The notes under the pieces were generated by a model that was not told the DNA's origin, ran no database searches, and worked only from the letters and a program-made list of their open reading frames with translations. A program made the translations under genes and the position numbers. This document shows, piece after piece, positions 1 through 8,899 of a DNA stretch of 64,000 nucleotides. Each line of letters begins with the position of its first letter. Within the stretch, counting starts at the first letter, position 1. The DNA is from an uncultured Pelagibacteraceae bacterium. Its GTDB lineage: Bacteria > Pseudomonadota > Alphaproteobacteria > Pelagibacterales > Pelagibacteraceae. The stretch is taken from positions 19,448 through 83,447 of the forward strand of contig CACEPH010000001.1 in the NCBI GenBank assembly GCA_902561465.1, in the 5' to 3' direction.

Positions 1-1
1 A

Positions 2-628
2 TTTGGTGCAGATGAAGTTGAATTTATTCCTAACTTGATAGAAAAATATTCTCATAATAAAAAATTAAATTCTATTTTCAAAAATAAAAATATATTAAAA
101 AAAATTGGTAATGAATATCTAGCTAATATGAAAGAAATATCAAACAATCTAAAAATTACTACGGATAAATTACCAATAAATTTTTTATATTTAGGATTAA
201 TAAAATTAATTTTACCTAAATCCAAAATTATACATTGCTATAGAAATTCAAAAGATAACATTCTTTCTATTTTTAAAAATTATTTCCCGGGAAAAAAGAT
301 TAATTTTGCATATAATTTAAATGAGATCGTATCTTATTATAACTTATATTATGATTTGATGAATTACTGGAATAATTTACTACCAAATTCTATTTTTAAT
401 ATTAAATATGAGAACTTAGTTATAAACACAAAAGAAGAAATAAAAAATTTATTGAATTTCTGCGATCTGGAATGGGAGAATAATTGTCTTGAATTCTATA
501 ATAATAAAAGGGCAGTTAAAACTGCAAGTGATATACAAGTGAGAAATAAAATATATAATACATCAATAAATTCATGGAAAAATTATAGAAAGTTTTTAGA
601 TGAATACTATGTTGATCTTAAATACTAA
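2..628 (+). CDS. Sulfotransferase-family protein, C-terminal part (5' end lies upstream of the window)
   Basis: The frame stays open back to base 2 (FGADEVEFIPNL...), so the TTG listed at 35 is not the true start. The C-terminal block YENLVINTKEEIKNLLNFCDLEWENNCLEFYNNKRAVKTASDIQVRNKIY..SWKNY resembles the conserved tail of bacterial Sulfotransfer_3-type sulfotransferases. Confidence 0.6.
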   Translation, partial: FGADEVEFIPNLIEKYSHNKKLNSIFKNKNILKKIGNEYLANMKEISNNLKITTDKLPINFLYLGLIKLILPKSKIIHCYRNSKDNILSIFKNYFPGKKINFAYNLNEIVSYYNLYYDLMNYWNNLLPNSIFNIKYENLVINTKEEIKNLLNFCDLEWENNCLEFYNNKRAVKTASDIQVRNKIYNTSINSWKNYRKFLDEYYVDLKY

Positions 629-655
629 CAAGCAATAAAATGGGTTTTTTTTAAT

Positions 656-1102
656 ATGTCAAAAGTTATTGAAATAGGTATTTGTAAAAATAAAGGTGGC
701 GTTATTGACAGTGTCAATAGTGTTGAGGCTATCAAGCAAAAAGGATTAGTTAATGATAGAAAATTTAAAGATAACAATGATAAAATATCTCAACTTACTC
801 TCATTGAAATTGAAAATATTAATTTTTATAATGATAATTCAAATAGCAAAATTCTACCGATTAATTTTAGAAGAAATATTATTACCAAAGGAGTTAAATT
901 AAATAATTTATTAAATAAGGAATTTTTTATAGGCAATATTAAAGTAAAGGGTCATGCTTTATGTCATCCATGTAAATATTTAGAAAATTTATTAACAAAA
1001 AAAAATTTAGTAAAAGAATTGATGTTTAAAGCTGGTCTAAGATGCGAAATCTTGACAAGTGGTAAAATTTCTGTTGGTGATATAATCAAAAATAATGATT
1101 AG
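656..1102 (+). CDS. MOSC-domain protein (YiiM-like)
   Basis: 148 aa with ATG start. Contains GLVNDR, RRNIITKG and the conserved Cys context HALCHPCKYLE typical of the MOSC beta-barrel domain. The stop lies 8 nt inside nhaA. Confidence 0.7.
   Translation: MSKVIEIGICKNKGGVIDSVNSVEAIKQKGLVNDRKFKDNNDKISQLTLIEIENINFYNDNSNSKILPINFRRNIITKGVKLNNLLNKEFFIGNIKVKGHALCHPCKYLENLLTKKNLVKELMFKAGLRCEILTSGKISVGDIIKNND
1078..1086 (+). promoter_or_regulatory. Candidate extended -10 promoter element (TGATATAAT) for nhaA
   Basis: Exact TG-N-TATAAT sits 8 nt before the nhaA ATG (1095). The intervening caaaaata has no Shine-Dalgarno. The box lies inside the last codons of the MOSC ORF. Confidence 0.35.
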
Positions 1103-2270
1103 ATATATTACAGCACCATTTAAATGGTTTTTTAAACTAGAAGCTGCTAGTGGTTTACTTCTGCTTATTGCTGCAGTAATAGCTCTCATTTTAAGTAATA
1201 CTAATTTAAGTTATTATTATTTCGAAATATTAAATTTTCATTTTTTAATTGGTACTAAAACTTTTGGTTTAGATCTCAGCGTACTTCATTGGATTAATGA
1301 TGTTTTAATGGCAATTTTTTTCTTTGTGGTAACATTGGAAATAAAAAGAGAATTTATACAAGGAGAACTTTCTAAACCCAAACAGGCACTTTTACCAATC
1401 ATAGGAGCTATTGGTGGTATGGCTGTCCCGGCTCTAATTTATATAATTATAAATTATGATACTGGATATACTCTTAGAGGATGGGCCATTCCTTCAGCGA
1501 CTGACATAGCTTTTTCAATAGGTGTTTTATCTTTGTTAGGATCAAGAATTCCAATATCTTTAAAAGTTTTTCTAGTAGCATTAGCTATTATTGATGATCT
1601 GGGCGCAATTATAATTATAGCATTTTTTTATTCTACAGAGCTTCAATATATATATTTATCATTAATGCTGGCCTCTTTTATACTGCTTTTAATTTTTAAT
1701 AAATTAGGAATTAAAAAATTTTATCCATATTTGATAGTAGGAATTTTTCTATGGTTTTTTACGTATAAGTCGGGAATTCATTCTACTATATCAGGTGTTC
1801 TATTGGCCTGCTCAATACCACATAAAAATAAGGAAAAAGATTACTCTTTGCTAATGAAATTAGAACACTTATTGTCCCCTTATGTGGCTTTCGGAATAAT
1901 GCCATTGTTTGCTTTAGCAAATGCTGGAGTCACTTTAGATAACGTAACTTTTAATACTATTATTTCTCCAGTTCCTCTAGGAATTATGTGTGGACTTTTT
2001 TTTGGTAAACAGATTGGTGTTTTTGTATTTTCTTATTTTGCTGTAAAAATGAAATTGGCTGAAATGCCAACCAATTCTAATTGGATTATGTTCTATGCAG
2101 TTGGCATATTAACCGGCATAGGTTTTACCATGAGTTTATTTGTAGGAAATCTAGCTTTTCTTGAAAACACCGAACATATAGACGGTGTTAAGATTGGTGT
2201 TTTAATTGGCTCAACTTTATCTGCTCTAATGGGGTACTTTTTACTATTGATTGTTAGTAAAAAGAAATAA
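1095..2270 (+). CDS. nhaA: Na+/H+ antiporter NhaA
   Basis: 391 aa polytopic membrane protein. The N-terminus FFKLEAASGLLLLIAAVIALILSNT and the IPSATDIAF and AIIDDLGAIIIIA motifs are characteristic of NhaA. Confidence 0.9.
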   Translation: MIRYITAPFKWFFKLEAASGLLLLIAAVIALILSNTNLSYYYFEILNFHFLIGTKTFGLDLSVLHWINDVLMAIFFFVVTLEIKREFIQGELSKPKQALLPIIGAIGGMAVPALIYIIINYDTGYTLRGWAIPSATDIAFSIGVLSLLGSRIPISLKVFLVALAIIDDLGAIIIIAFFYSTELQYIYLSLMLASFILLLIFNKLGIKKFYPYLIVGIFLWFFTYKSGIHSTISGVLLACSIPHKNKEKDYSLLMKLEHLLSPYVAFGIMPLFALANAGVTLDNVTFNTIISPVPLGIMCGLFFGKQIGVFVFSYFAVKMKLAEMPTNSNWIMFYAVGILTGIGFTMSLFVGNLAFLENTEHIDGVKIGVLIGSTLSALMGYFLLLIVSKKK

Positions 2271-2281
2271 TAACATTCTAT

Positions 2282-2848
2282 ATGTTATATAAGTTTAAAT
2301 TTTTAACTTTAATAATTATTATGTCTATTTTTACAACTAGCACGTCAGCAAAGTATGACAGTTTGGCATATGATTTTAGTTTTAATGACCTCGATGGAAG
2401 TTCATTAAATTTATCTGAGTATAAAAATAAAGTGATCATAGTAGTAAATGTAGCAAGTCAATGTGGATTTACAAAACAATATGATGATATGCAACAAATA
2501 TGGGAAACATACCAGTCTAAAGGAGTTATTATGATTGGTGTACCTTCAAATGATTTTGGTAATCAAGAACCGGGCAATAATAAAGAAATTAAAAACTTTT
2601 GTGAATCAAGATTTGGTATAACTTTTCCAATGACTGAAAAAGTTTCAGTAAAAGGTAAAAATGCGCATCCTTTTTATCAGTGGGCTAATAAAAATTATGG
2701 TAGATCTGCTGTACCGAAGTGGAACTTTCATAAAATAATACTCGGAAAAAATGGTAAAATATTTGATACCTTTGCTTCTATTACAAAACCAACTTCAAAA
2801 AGATTTATTTCTTCACTAGAAAAAGCCTTAACATTTGACGATAAGTAA
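2282..2848 (+). CDS. Glutathione peroxidase (BtuE-like, with N-terminal signal peptide)
   Basis: VNVASQCGFTKQY (peroxidatic Cys, not Sec), PSNDFGNQEPG and WNFHKIIL are GPx signatures. There is a hydrophobic N-terminus ending TSTSA. Confidence 0.85.
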   Translation: MLYKFKFLTLIIIMSIFTTSTSAKYDSLAYDFSFNDLDGSSLNLSEYKNKVIIVVNVASQCGFTKQYDDMQQIWETYQSKGVIMIGVPSNDFGNQEPGNNKEIKNFCESRFGITFPMTEKVSVKGKNAHPFYQWANKNYGRSAVPKWNFHKIILGKNGKIFDTFASITKPTSKRFISSLEKALTFDDK

Positions 2849-2858
2849 AAACTTTTTT

Positions 2859-4607
2859 TTAATTTAATAATATATCTTGAATAATAAATTCAACTTCTTT
2901 TTTTCCACGCCATTCATTAAGCCTCATATTTCCAGCTATATTAATTTTTTTTTTAAAATTTTTATTTAGGTAAGCTTCTAATGGTGTATTTTTTGCATTC
3001 CATGCAAATCCTTTAAATCTTGATCCATCTTTACCAAGTAATATGCTCTTGATATGGGAGTCACTAACAATATTTGATTCAATAACACTAATTTCTTCAA
3101 TAACAAATTTTGGTTCAGAATTGCCAGATCCAAAGGGTCCTAATGAGTTAACTTCTTGGAAAAAGCTTTCATTTAAGGCGCTAGGAGCAATTACTGTATC
3201 CAAATATAAGTTAAGATCTTTTGTTGAGTATTCATAAAACTTTTCAAAATTTTTAATTAAAAAATCTCTAAAGGAAGAAATTTTACTTTTATCTATTGTA
3301 AAACCTCCTGCCATTTTATGACCTCCGCCTTTTTGAAGTAAATTTAATTGAACAGCTTTGATAATTTGTGTTCCTATATCAAAACCTACTATTGATCTTG
3401 CTGAACCTTTTCCTAATTCGTTTTTTAAAGAAATTAATACAACTGGTTTATTATATTTATCCTTAATTCTTGACGCAACAATACCAATAATTCCTTCATG
3501 CCACTCTTCACCGGACATGACTAAAACTGGATGATTATGGAATTTTTTTACTTCATCATCTATTTTTTCATGTAACTTTATCTCTATGTTCTGTCTTTCC
3601 TTATTTGATTTATCTAAAGCAATAGCAATTTTATATGTTTTTTGAGGATCATCAGAAATTAAAAGTTCAGCTCCATGAGAAGATTTCCCTACTCTACCGC
3701 CCGCATTAATTCTTGGACCCAGTTTATAGCCTAAATCATAAGCAGTAGGTCGTGATTCAATTTTACAAAGATCAAATAAAGTTTTTAAACCTAAATTTGA
3801 TCTATTAGATAATATTTTGAGACCTTGTTTTACTATAGCTCTATTTAAACCAATTAAAGGAACCACATCACAGACAGTCCCTAAAGATACTAAGTCTAAA
3901 AAATCTAATATATTAGGTTCTATAATGCTATTTTTTTTGAACCATTCGCTTTCTCTTAATTTTTTGTTTAGTCCAACTAAAAAAACAAAACATACACCAG
4001 CAGCACATAAGTAATTTAGTCCTGATGTATCATCAAATTGATTTGGATTAACGATCGCACAGGCGTTGGGGACTTTAATATCTGCCTGATGGTGATCAAG
4101 AACTATTACATCAACTTTCAATTTTTGTGCTGATTGGATAGGCTCATATGATGATGTGCCACAATCAACTGTAAATATAACTTTTGTACCTAGATCAATA
4201 AGTTTTTTAAAACTATCTACTGATGGACCATAACCTTCAGTATGCCTATCAGGTATATATGTTTTTATTTTTTGATTAATAGAAGAAAAATACTTAGCTA
4301 ATAAAGCAGTTGATGTTGCGCCATCAACATCATAGTCACCAAAAATACCAATAAGATCATTATTAATAATACTTTTATATGTTCTATTAATAGCATTATT
4401 CATATTTTTTAGTTGGAAAGGATTGGGTAATAGATTTTTAATTTTAGGATTTAAGAAAAGATCAATGTTATCTATATTATGTTTTCTAATAGATAAAAGT
4501 TTAGCAACAGTTTCTGATAATGAATATTTTTCAGTAAATTTAATAATATCAGAGGAGTCAAATTTTTTATAGATCCAGTTTTTACCATTAACTGAAGTTT
4601 GGTTCAT
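2859..4607 (-). CDS. recJ: Single-stranded-DNA-specific exonuclease RecJ
   Basis: 582 aa with DHH-family motifs GDYDVDGATS, VDCG and VLDHHQ, plus the DHHA1 motif GGGHKMAGG. Its ATG overlaps the tmk stop (ATGA). Confidence 0.9.
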   Translation of the reverse strand: MNQTSVNGKNWIYKKFDSSDIIKFTEKYSLSETVAKLLSIRKHNIDNIDLFLNPKIKNLLPNPFQLKNMNNAINRTYKSIINNDLIGIFGDYDVDGATSTALLAKYFSSINQKIKTYIPDRHTEGYGPSVDSFKKLIDLGTKVIFTVDCGTSSYEPIQSAQKLKVDVIVLDHHQADIKVPNACAIVNPNQFDDTSGLNYLCAAGVCFVFLVGLNKKLRESEWFKKNSIIEPNILDFLDLVSLGTVCDVVPLIGLNRAIVKQGLKILSNRSNLGLKTLFDLCKIESRPTAYDLGYKLGPRINAGGRVGKSSHGAELLISDDPQKTYKIAIALDKSNKERQNIEIKLHEKIDDEVKKFHNHPVLVMSGEEWHEGIIGIVASRIKDKYNKPVVLISLKNELGKGSARSIVGFDIGTQIIKAVQLNLLQKGGGHKMAGGFTIDKSKISSFRDFLIKNFEKFYEYSTKDLNLYLDTVIAPSALNESFFQEVNSLGPFGSGNSEPKFVIEEISVIESNIVSDSHIKSILLGKDGSRFKGFAWNAKNTPLEAYLNKNFKKKINIAGNMRLNEWRGKKEVEFIIQDILLN

Positions 4608-5251
4608 TTTTTAAGCTTTAATAAAATTTTTTTAAGTATTATTTTTTCGATATCATTTGAATCATTAGTATTATCTAAAACTATATATCGTCTTTTATTT
4701 TTTCGAGATATTTTAATGAATGCATTTTGAACTTTTGTATAAAAACTTTTTGAAAATTTATCATATCTATTTTTCTTTTTTCTTTTTTTTAATCTAAATA
4801 AAGCTTTTGATACATTGACTCTTAATAAAAAAGTAATATCTGGTTTTAAACCTTTTAAAATATGTTTATGAATATGATCAATAAAATTTTTATTTACATT
4901 TTTTCCATATACTTGATAAGCCATTGTAGAATCTATAAAACGATCGCATATTACAATTTTTTTCATTAAAATTGCTGGTTTAATCTTATTTATGACATGT
5001 TCGTTTCTTGAAGCTAAATACAATAAAGTATCTGTATATTTGTTAAATTTTTCTTTTAATTTGGGATGAAAATAATCATCAAGTATTACATTTCTGATTT
5101 TTTCAGCACTACCCGTTCCACCTGGTTCTCTAGTTAACAATGAAGAAATATTTTTAAGTTTTAAATTATTATATAATTTTTTACTTTGAAATGATTTTCC
5201 TGATCCTTCTATACCTTCAAAGGTAATAAAAAGAGATTTTTTTTTATACAT
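4604..5251 (-). CDS. tmk: Thymidylate kinase
   Basis: P-loop ITFEGIEGSGKS, REPGGT and the DRFIDSTMAYQ motif. I start at the ATG (5249-5251) rather than the GTG one codon upstream. It overlaps the upstream carboxypeptidase stop by 8 nt. Confidence 0.9.
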   Translation of the reverse strand: MYKKKSLFITFEGIEGSGKSFQSKKLYNNLKLKNISSLLTREPGGTGSAEKIRNVILDDYFHPKLKEKFNKYTDTLLYLASRNEHVINKIKPAILMKKIVICDRFIDSTMAYQVYGKNVNKNFIDHIHKHILKGLKPDITFLLRVNVSKALFRLKKRKKKNRYDKFSKSFYTKVQNAFIKISRKNKRRYIVLDNTNDSNDIEKIILKKILLKLKK

Positions 5252-6398
5252 CACCCCAAACCAAATAATTTAGTGATGTAAGTAATCTAGAAAAAATATT
5301 GGATCTTTTAATATCTTCATTAGATATAAGGTTTATTTGTTTTTTTAGCTCTCCTGAAACATAAATATTCAGTAAAGCTAGATTGTCCCCTTTTTTAATT
5401 GGAGATTGTATTGGTCCTTCATACTCGATAACGGCTTTTATAGTTTTCTTTTTTCTTTTTGGTATAGTTATATAAAAATCCTCATTTGACGTTACCGAAA
5501 CCTTATTTTTTTTACCTAACCAAACATTAAGCTCAGTGAAAACTTCATTTTTTTTTGTAACTTTTATAGTATCGAATTTTCTTAAACCCCAATTTAATAT
5601 TCTTAATGTTTCTCTTGATCTTGAATTTTTAGACTTGAAGCCGCTTCCTACCGCTGTAATTCTTCGCTGATTCACCTCCATCGAGGCTGCTAAAGAATAT
5701 TGTTCAACTGTTAAAAATCCTGTTTTTATTCCATCAGCACCAACATTTTTATATAACAAAGGATTTCTATTGCCTTGTGTTATTGGATCTCCACCTGTTC
5801 TATCCCATGTGAAAGTAGTTTCTTTGAAGTAAGTATAATATTCAGGATAGTTTTCAATCATATATCGCGACATTTTTAGAACATCTCTAACGGTAGAGTA
5901 ATTCTCTACATCGTTAATACCTGAAGCGTTATTAAAATTAGTATTTTCTAAACCAATTTCTTCAGCTTTTTCATTCATTAAAATAACAAAATCTTCTTCT
6001 GTGCCGGAAAGTCCTTCGGCTAAAGCAACGCAAGAATCATTGCCTGAAACTATTATTATGCCTTTAAGCAAATCTTCAACACTAACTTGATCATTTAACA
6101 TTATGAACATTGAAGAGTATCCGCTCTGTGACATTCTCCAAGCTTTTTCAGAAATTGTTATCATTTCATCCAAAGATGTTTCGCCTTTTTTTAATAAATC
6201 AAAAGTAACAATAGCTGTCATAATTTTAGTCATAGAAGCAGGATAAATTTTTTCATCAGCTTCTCTTTCAAAAAGTATTTGTCCAGAATGGTGGTCTTGC
6301 AAAATTATATGATCAACATCGATTTTAATTTCTGAATATGAATTCTTTAAAAAGATAGAAAAAAAGATAATTGATATAAAAATTTTAAGAAATTTCAT
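5244..6398 (-). CDS. D-alanyl-D-alanine carboxypeptidase (PBP5/6 class, S11 peptidase)
   Basis: Signal peptide, SxxK (ASMTKIMT), SGN (VSGNDS) and KTG (IKTGF) motifs, and a C-terminal PBP5_C-like domain. Confidence 0.85.
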   Translation of the reverse strand: MKFLKIFISIIFFSIFLKNSYSEIKIDVDHIILQDHHSGQILFEREADEKIYPASMTKIMTAIVTFDLLKKGETSLDEMITISEKAWRMSQSGYSSMFIMLNDQVSVEDLLKGIIIVSGNDSCVALAEGLSGTEEDFVILMNEKAEEIGLENTNFNNASGINDVENYSTVRDVLKMSRYMIENYPEYYTYFKETTFTWDRTGGDPITQGNRNPLLYKNVGADGIKTGFLTVEQYSLAASMEVNQRRITAVGSGFKSKNSRSRETLRILNWGLRKFDTIKVTKKNEVFTELNVWLGKKNKVSVTSNEDFYITIPKRKKKTIKAVIEYEGPIQSPIKKGDNLALLNIYVSGELKKQINLISNEDIKRSNIFSRLLTSLNYLVWGDV

Positions 6399-6399
6399 T

Positions 6400-7143
6400 T
6401 TATTTTTTATAAATGTTTAAACCTTCGAAACCTAATTTATTTAAACTAATATATGTAGTTTTTAAAGCATTAAAATTTTCAAAAGGACCCATTAAAACCC
6501 TATATTTTTTGTCATTAATTTTTTTAACAGAAATATTAGTAGCGTCTATTTTTTTAACTAAATCGTTCTTTAAATTATTTGCTGAATCTTCAAAATAAAA
6601 GTCTGACACAATTAAGATAAAATTATTTTTTTTGGTAGTTTTTTTCTTTGCTTTTTTTTTACTTAAAGTTATATCATCCATTTTAATTTCATCTACTGGT
6701 GCTTTATCAGCAACATTTTTTTCTTCTTCAAAAATACTTCCTTCTTTAGCAATAAAAGTTTCATTTTTTTTTATTTCAATAATTTCAACAAATGGATTAT
6801 CTAAATCTAGGTCAAGAATAGAGGCGATTTCTTTAGTAATTACCATATTAAATATTTTTGGATAGTTACCTTTTTTATAAACTTTTGCTTCAACAGATTT
6901 TGAGTTATCAGGATTAATTATTTTTATTGGTGTATTAACTTTCAATATATCATGAATTGCTAGTAACTTTTCATTATTAATCTTTTTGTTAATTATTTTT
7001 TCTTTATATAAATCGTCTTCATAGATTAATACAAATCCAGTTGATGAGTAGTATTTTTTATCATCTAGTTTAATTGATTTATAATCTGCACATGAATACA
7101 AATTAAAAACTATTAATAATGATATTATTTTATTCAATTTCAT
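6400..7143 (-). CDS. rlpA: RlpA-like lipoprotein with C-terminal SPOR domain
   Basis: Lipobox LYSC at the N-terminus. It sits between mltB and the carboxypeptidase, as rlpA does in many proteobacteria. The middle region aligns loosely to the DPBB fold (AIHDILKVNTPIKIINPDNSKSVEAKV). The C-terminus FILIVSDFYFEDSANNL...KYRVLMGPFENFNALKTTYISLNKLGF is SPOR-like. Confidence 0.6.
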   Translation of the reverse strand: MKLNKIISLLIVFNLYSCADYKSIKLDDKKYYSSTGFVLIYEDDLYKEKIINKKINNEKLLAIHDILKVNTPIKIINPDNSKSVEAKVYKKGNYPKIFNMVITKEIASILDLDLDNPFVEIIEIKKNETFIAKEGSIFEEEKNVADKAPVDEIKMDDITLSKKKAKKKTTKKNNFILIVSDFYFEDSANNLKNDLVKKIDATNISVKKINDKKYRVLMGPFENFNALKTTYISLNKLGFEGLNIYKK

Positions 7144-8137
7144 TTTTTATCATATTTGCTAAAGTACATACACTAATTCCAAATCTTAAGGATCTATTCC
7201 ATTTTAATATTTTTTCATAATTTTGAAAAACTAAAAAAGTTGGTGTTTCTAGTTTACCATCCGGCATTACAAGAGCTGCTTTAAGATTTTTGTCGACTGT
7301 ATCAACATTCTCTATGATAATTCCTTTTCTTTCCCATTTTGAAACTTTAAGTCTATTTTTAATTTTTCTAGCTGATGAATTTATATATTTATTTTTAATT
7401 TCTTTAGTGGTTTTTACTTTATAAAAACATGGTTCATTCTGTCTCCAACCAATTCTATTAATATAATTTGCAGCGGAGGCTAATGAATCTTGCAATGAAG
7501 TTTTCAGTTCAATTTTACTATTACCATCGTAATCTATTGCGTAATTTTTTATGGTAGATGGCATAAATTGAAAATTTCCAAAAGCCCCAGCCCATGATCC
7601 AAATAATGTTGAATGGTCTAGTAATTGCTCATCAATTAATTTTAATAAAATTAATAATTGTGATGAAAAAAAATCCCTTCTACGTTTATCATAACTTAGT
7701 GTTGCAAGAGAGGAAATTATATCCATTTTGCCCACATGTTTACCAAAATTAGTTTCTATTCCCCAGAGAGCTAATAATATTTCTTTTTCAACAAAAAAAT
7801 TTGTTTCTACATCATTAAATAAATCTTTATTTTTTTCGTATAACTTTTTAGCTTTACTTGATCTAGATAGAGTAGCCCTTTTACTAACATATGTATTTGT
7901 ATCTTCAAAAAATTCAGGTTGCTTTCTATCGTACTTTATTACTTGATTTAAAAATTTAACATCTCCCAATGCCAAATCTAAAGTTTTTTGTGAAATGCCT
8001 TTTGATAAAGCAAATTTTTTATAAGATTCTAGCCAAGAAGAGAATGTTTCATTTGCTTGAACAGATATTCTATTAAAAAATATAATATTAAAAAGAAAAA
8101 TAAATAAAAGAAATCTATAAGTATTTTTTTTTGTCAT
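7130..8137 (-). CDS. mltB: Lytic murein transglycosylase (MltB family)
   Basis: Signal peptide. LALWGIETNFG, GAFGNFQFMPST and the C-terminal region are typical of the MltB/SLT_2 family. The stop is 14 nt inside rlpA. Confidence 0.8.
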   Translation of the reverse strand: MTKKNTYRFLLFIFLFNIIFFNRISVQANETFSSWLESYKKFALSKGISQKTLDLALGDVKFLNQVIKYDRKQPEFFEDTNTYVSKRATLSRSSKAKKLYEKNKDLFNDVETNFFVEKEILLALWGIETNFGKHVGKMDIISSLATLSYDKRRRDFFSSQLLILLKLIDEQLLDHSTLFGSWAGAFGNFQFMPSTIKNYAIDYDGNSKIELKTSLQDSLASAANYINRIGWRQNEPCFYKVKTTKEIKNKYINSSARKIKNRLKVSKWERKGIIIENVDTVDKNLKAALVMPDGKLETPTFLVFQNYEKILKWNRSLRFGISVCTLANMIKNEIE

Positions 8138-8152
8138 AAAGTCGAATATTAG

Positions 8153-8869
8153 TTATTTTTTAAAAATATTAATTAATAAATATTTTAAAAAATTTAGTGA
8201 ATAAATTACATGCCATCTTGATGTTTCTGTACGATAAAATGTATTAATAGATATTTCTTTAATTTTCAAATTGTTATTAGTGGCAGTAATCCTTAATTGG
8301 TTATCAAAATTGTATCCATTATCCATTTTTTTTAAATTAATAAGTTTAAAAATACTTAAATTATAAGCCCACAAACCTGTATGTGCGTCGGTAAAATTTG
8401 TACTGCATATAAAATTAAATATTTTTGTCAAAATGATATTACCTATAAATTTATAGATGGGCATGCCTCCTTTCATTGCAGTTTTCTTATTAAGCATTCT
8501 AGATCCAGTAACGATATCGGTATTTTTTGATTTTAATTTATTAACTAATTTGGGTATGTATCTTGCATCATATTGATCGTCACCATGTATCATGACTGCA
8601 TGATCATATTTATTCTTAATGCCATAAGTCAAACATTGTTTTATATTGCCACCATAACCTAAGTTTCTTTTATTAATCAGTATCTTTATCTTTTTAGATC
8701 TTTTTATTTTTTTAATATATTCAATTGTATCGTCAGTGGAACAGTCATCACTAATAAGAATTTTATAAATGTCATTTTTTTTATTAATTTTTTTTATTTT
8801 ATTCATGATATTTAATAATCTAAATGAAGAGTTATACGTTACTATGAATAATAAAATTTTTTTTTTCAT
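8153..8869 (-). CDS. Family 2 glycosyltransferase (polyprenyl-phosphate sugar synthase-like, ArnC/DPM1 type)
   Basis: 238 aa with GT-A signatures IVTYNS, ISDDCSTDDT, NLGYGGN and HGDDQYD (DxD). Confidence 0.8.
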   Translation of the reverse strand: MKKKILLFIVTYNSSFRLLNIMNKIKKINKKNDIYKILISDDCSTDDTIEYIKKIKRSKKIKILINKRNLGYGGNIKQCLTYGIKNKYDHAVMIHGDDQYDARYIPKLVNKLKSKNTDIVTGSRMLNKKTAMKGGMPIYKFIGNIILTKIFNFICSTNFTDAHTGLWAYNLSIFKLINLKKMDNGYNFDNQLRITATNNNLKIKEISINTFYRTETSRWHVIYSLNFLKYLLINIFKK

Positions 8870-8899
8870 GATATTTCAGTATAGTATATAGTTAAATTG

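Noticed and set aside
1052-1057. Perfect TTGACA upstream of the nhaA extended -10 box as its -35 element
   Set aside because: The spacer to TATAAT (1081) would be 23 nt, well outside the 16-18 nt window. It is probably coincidental coding sequence (ILTSG).
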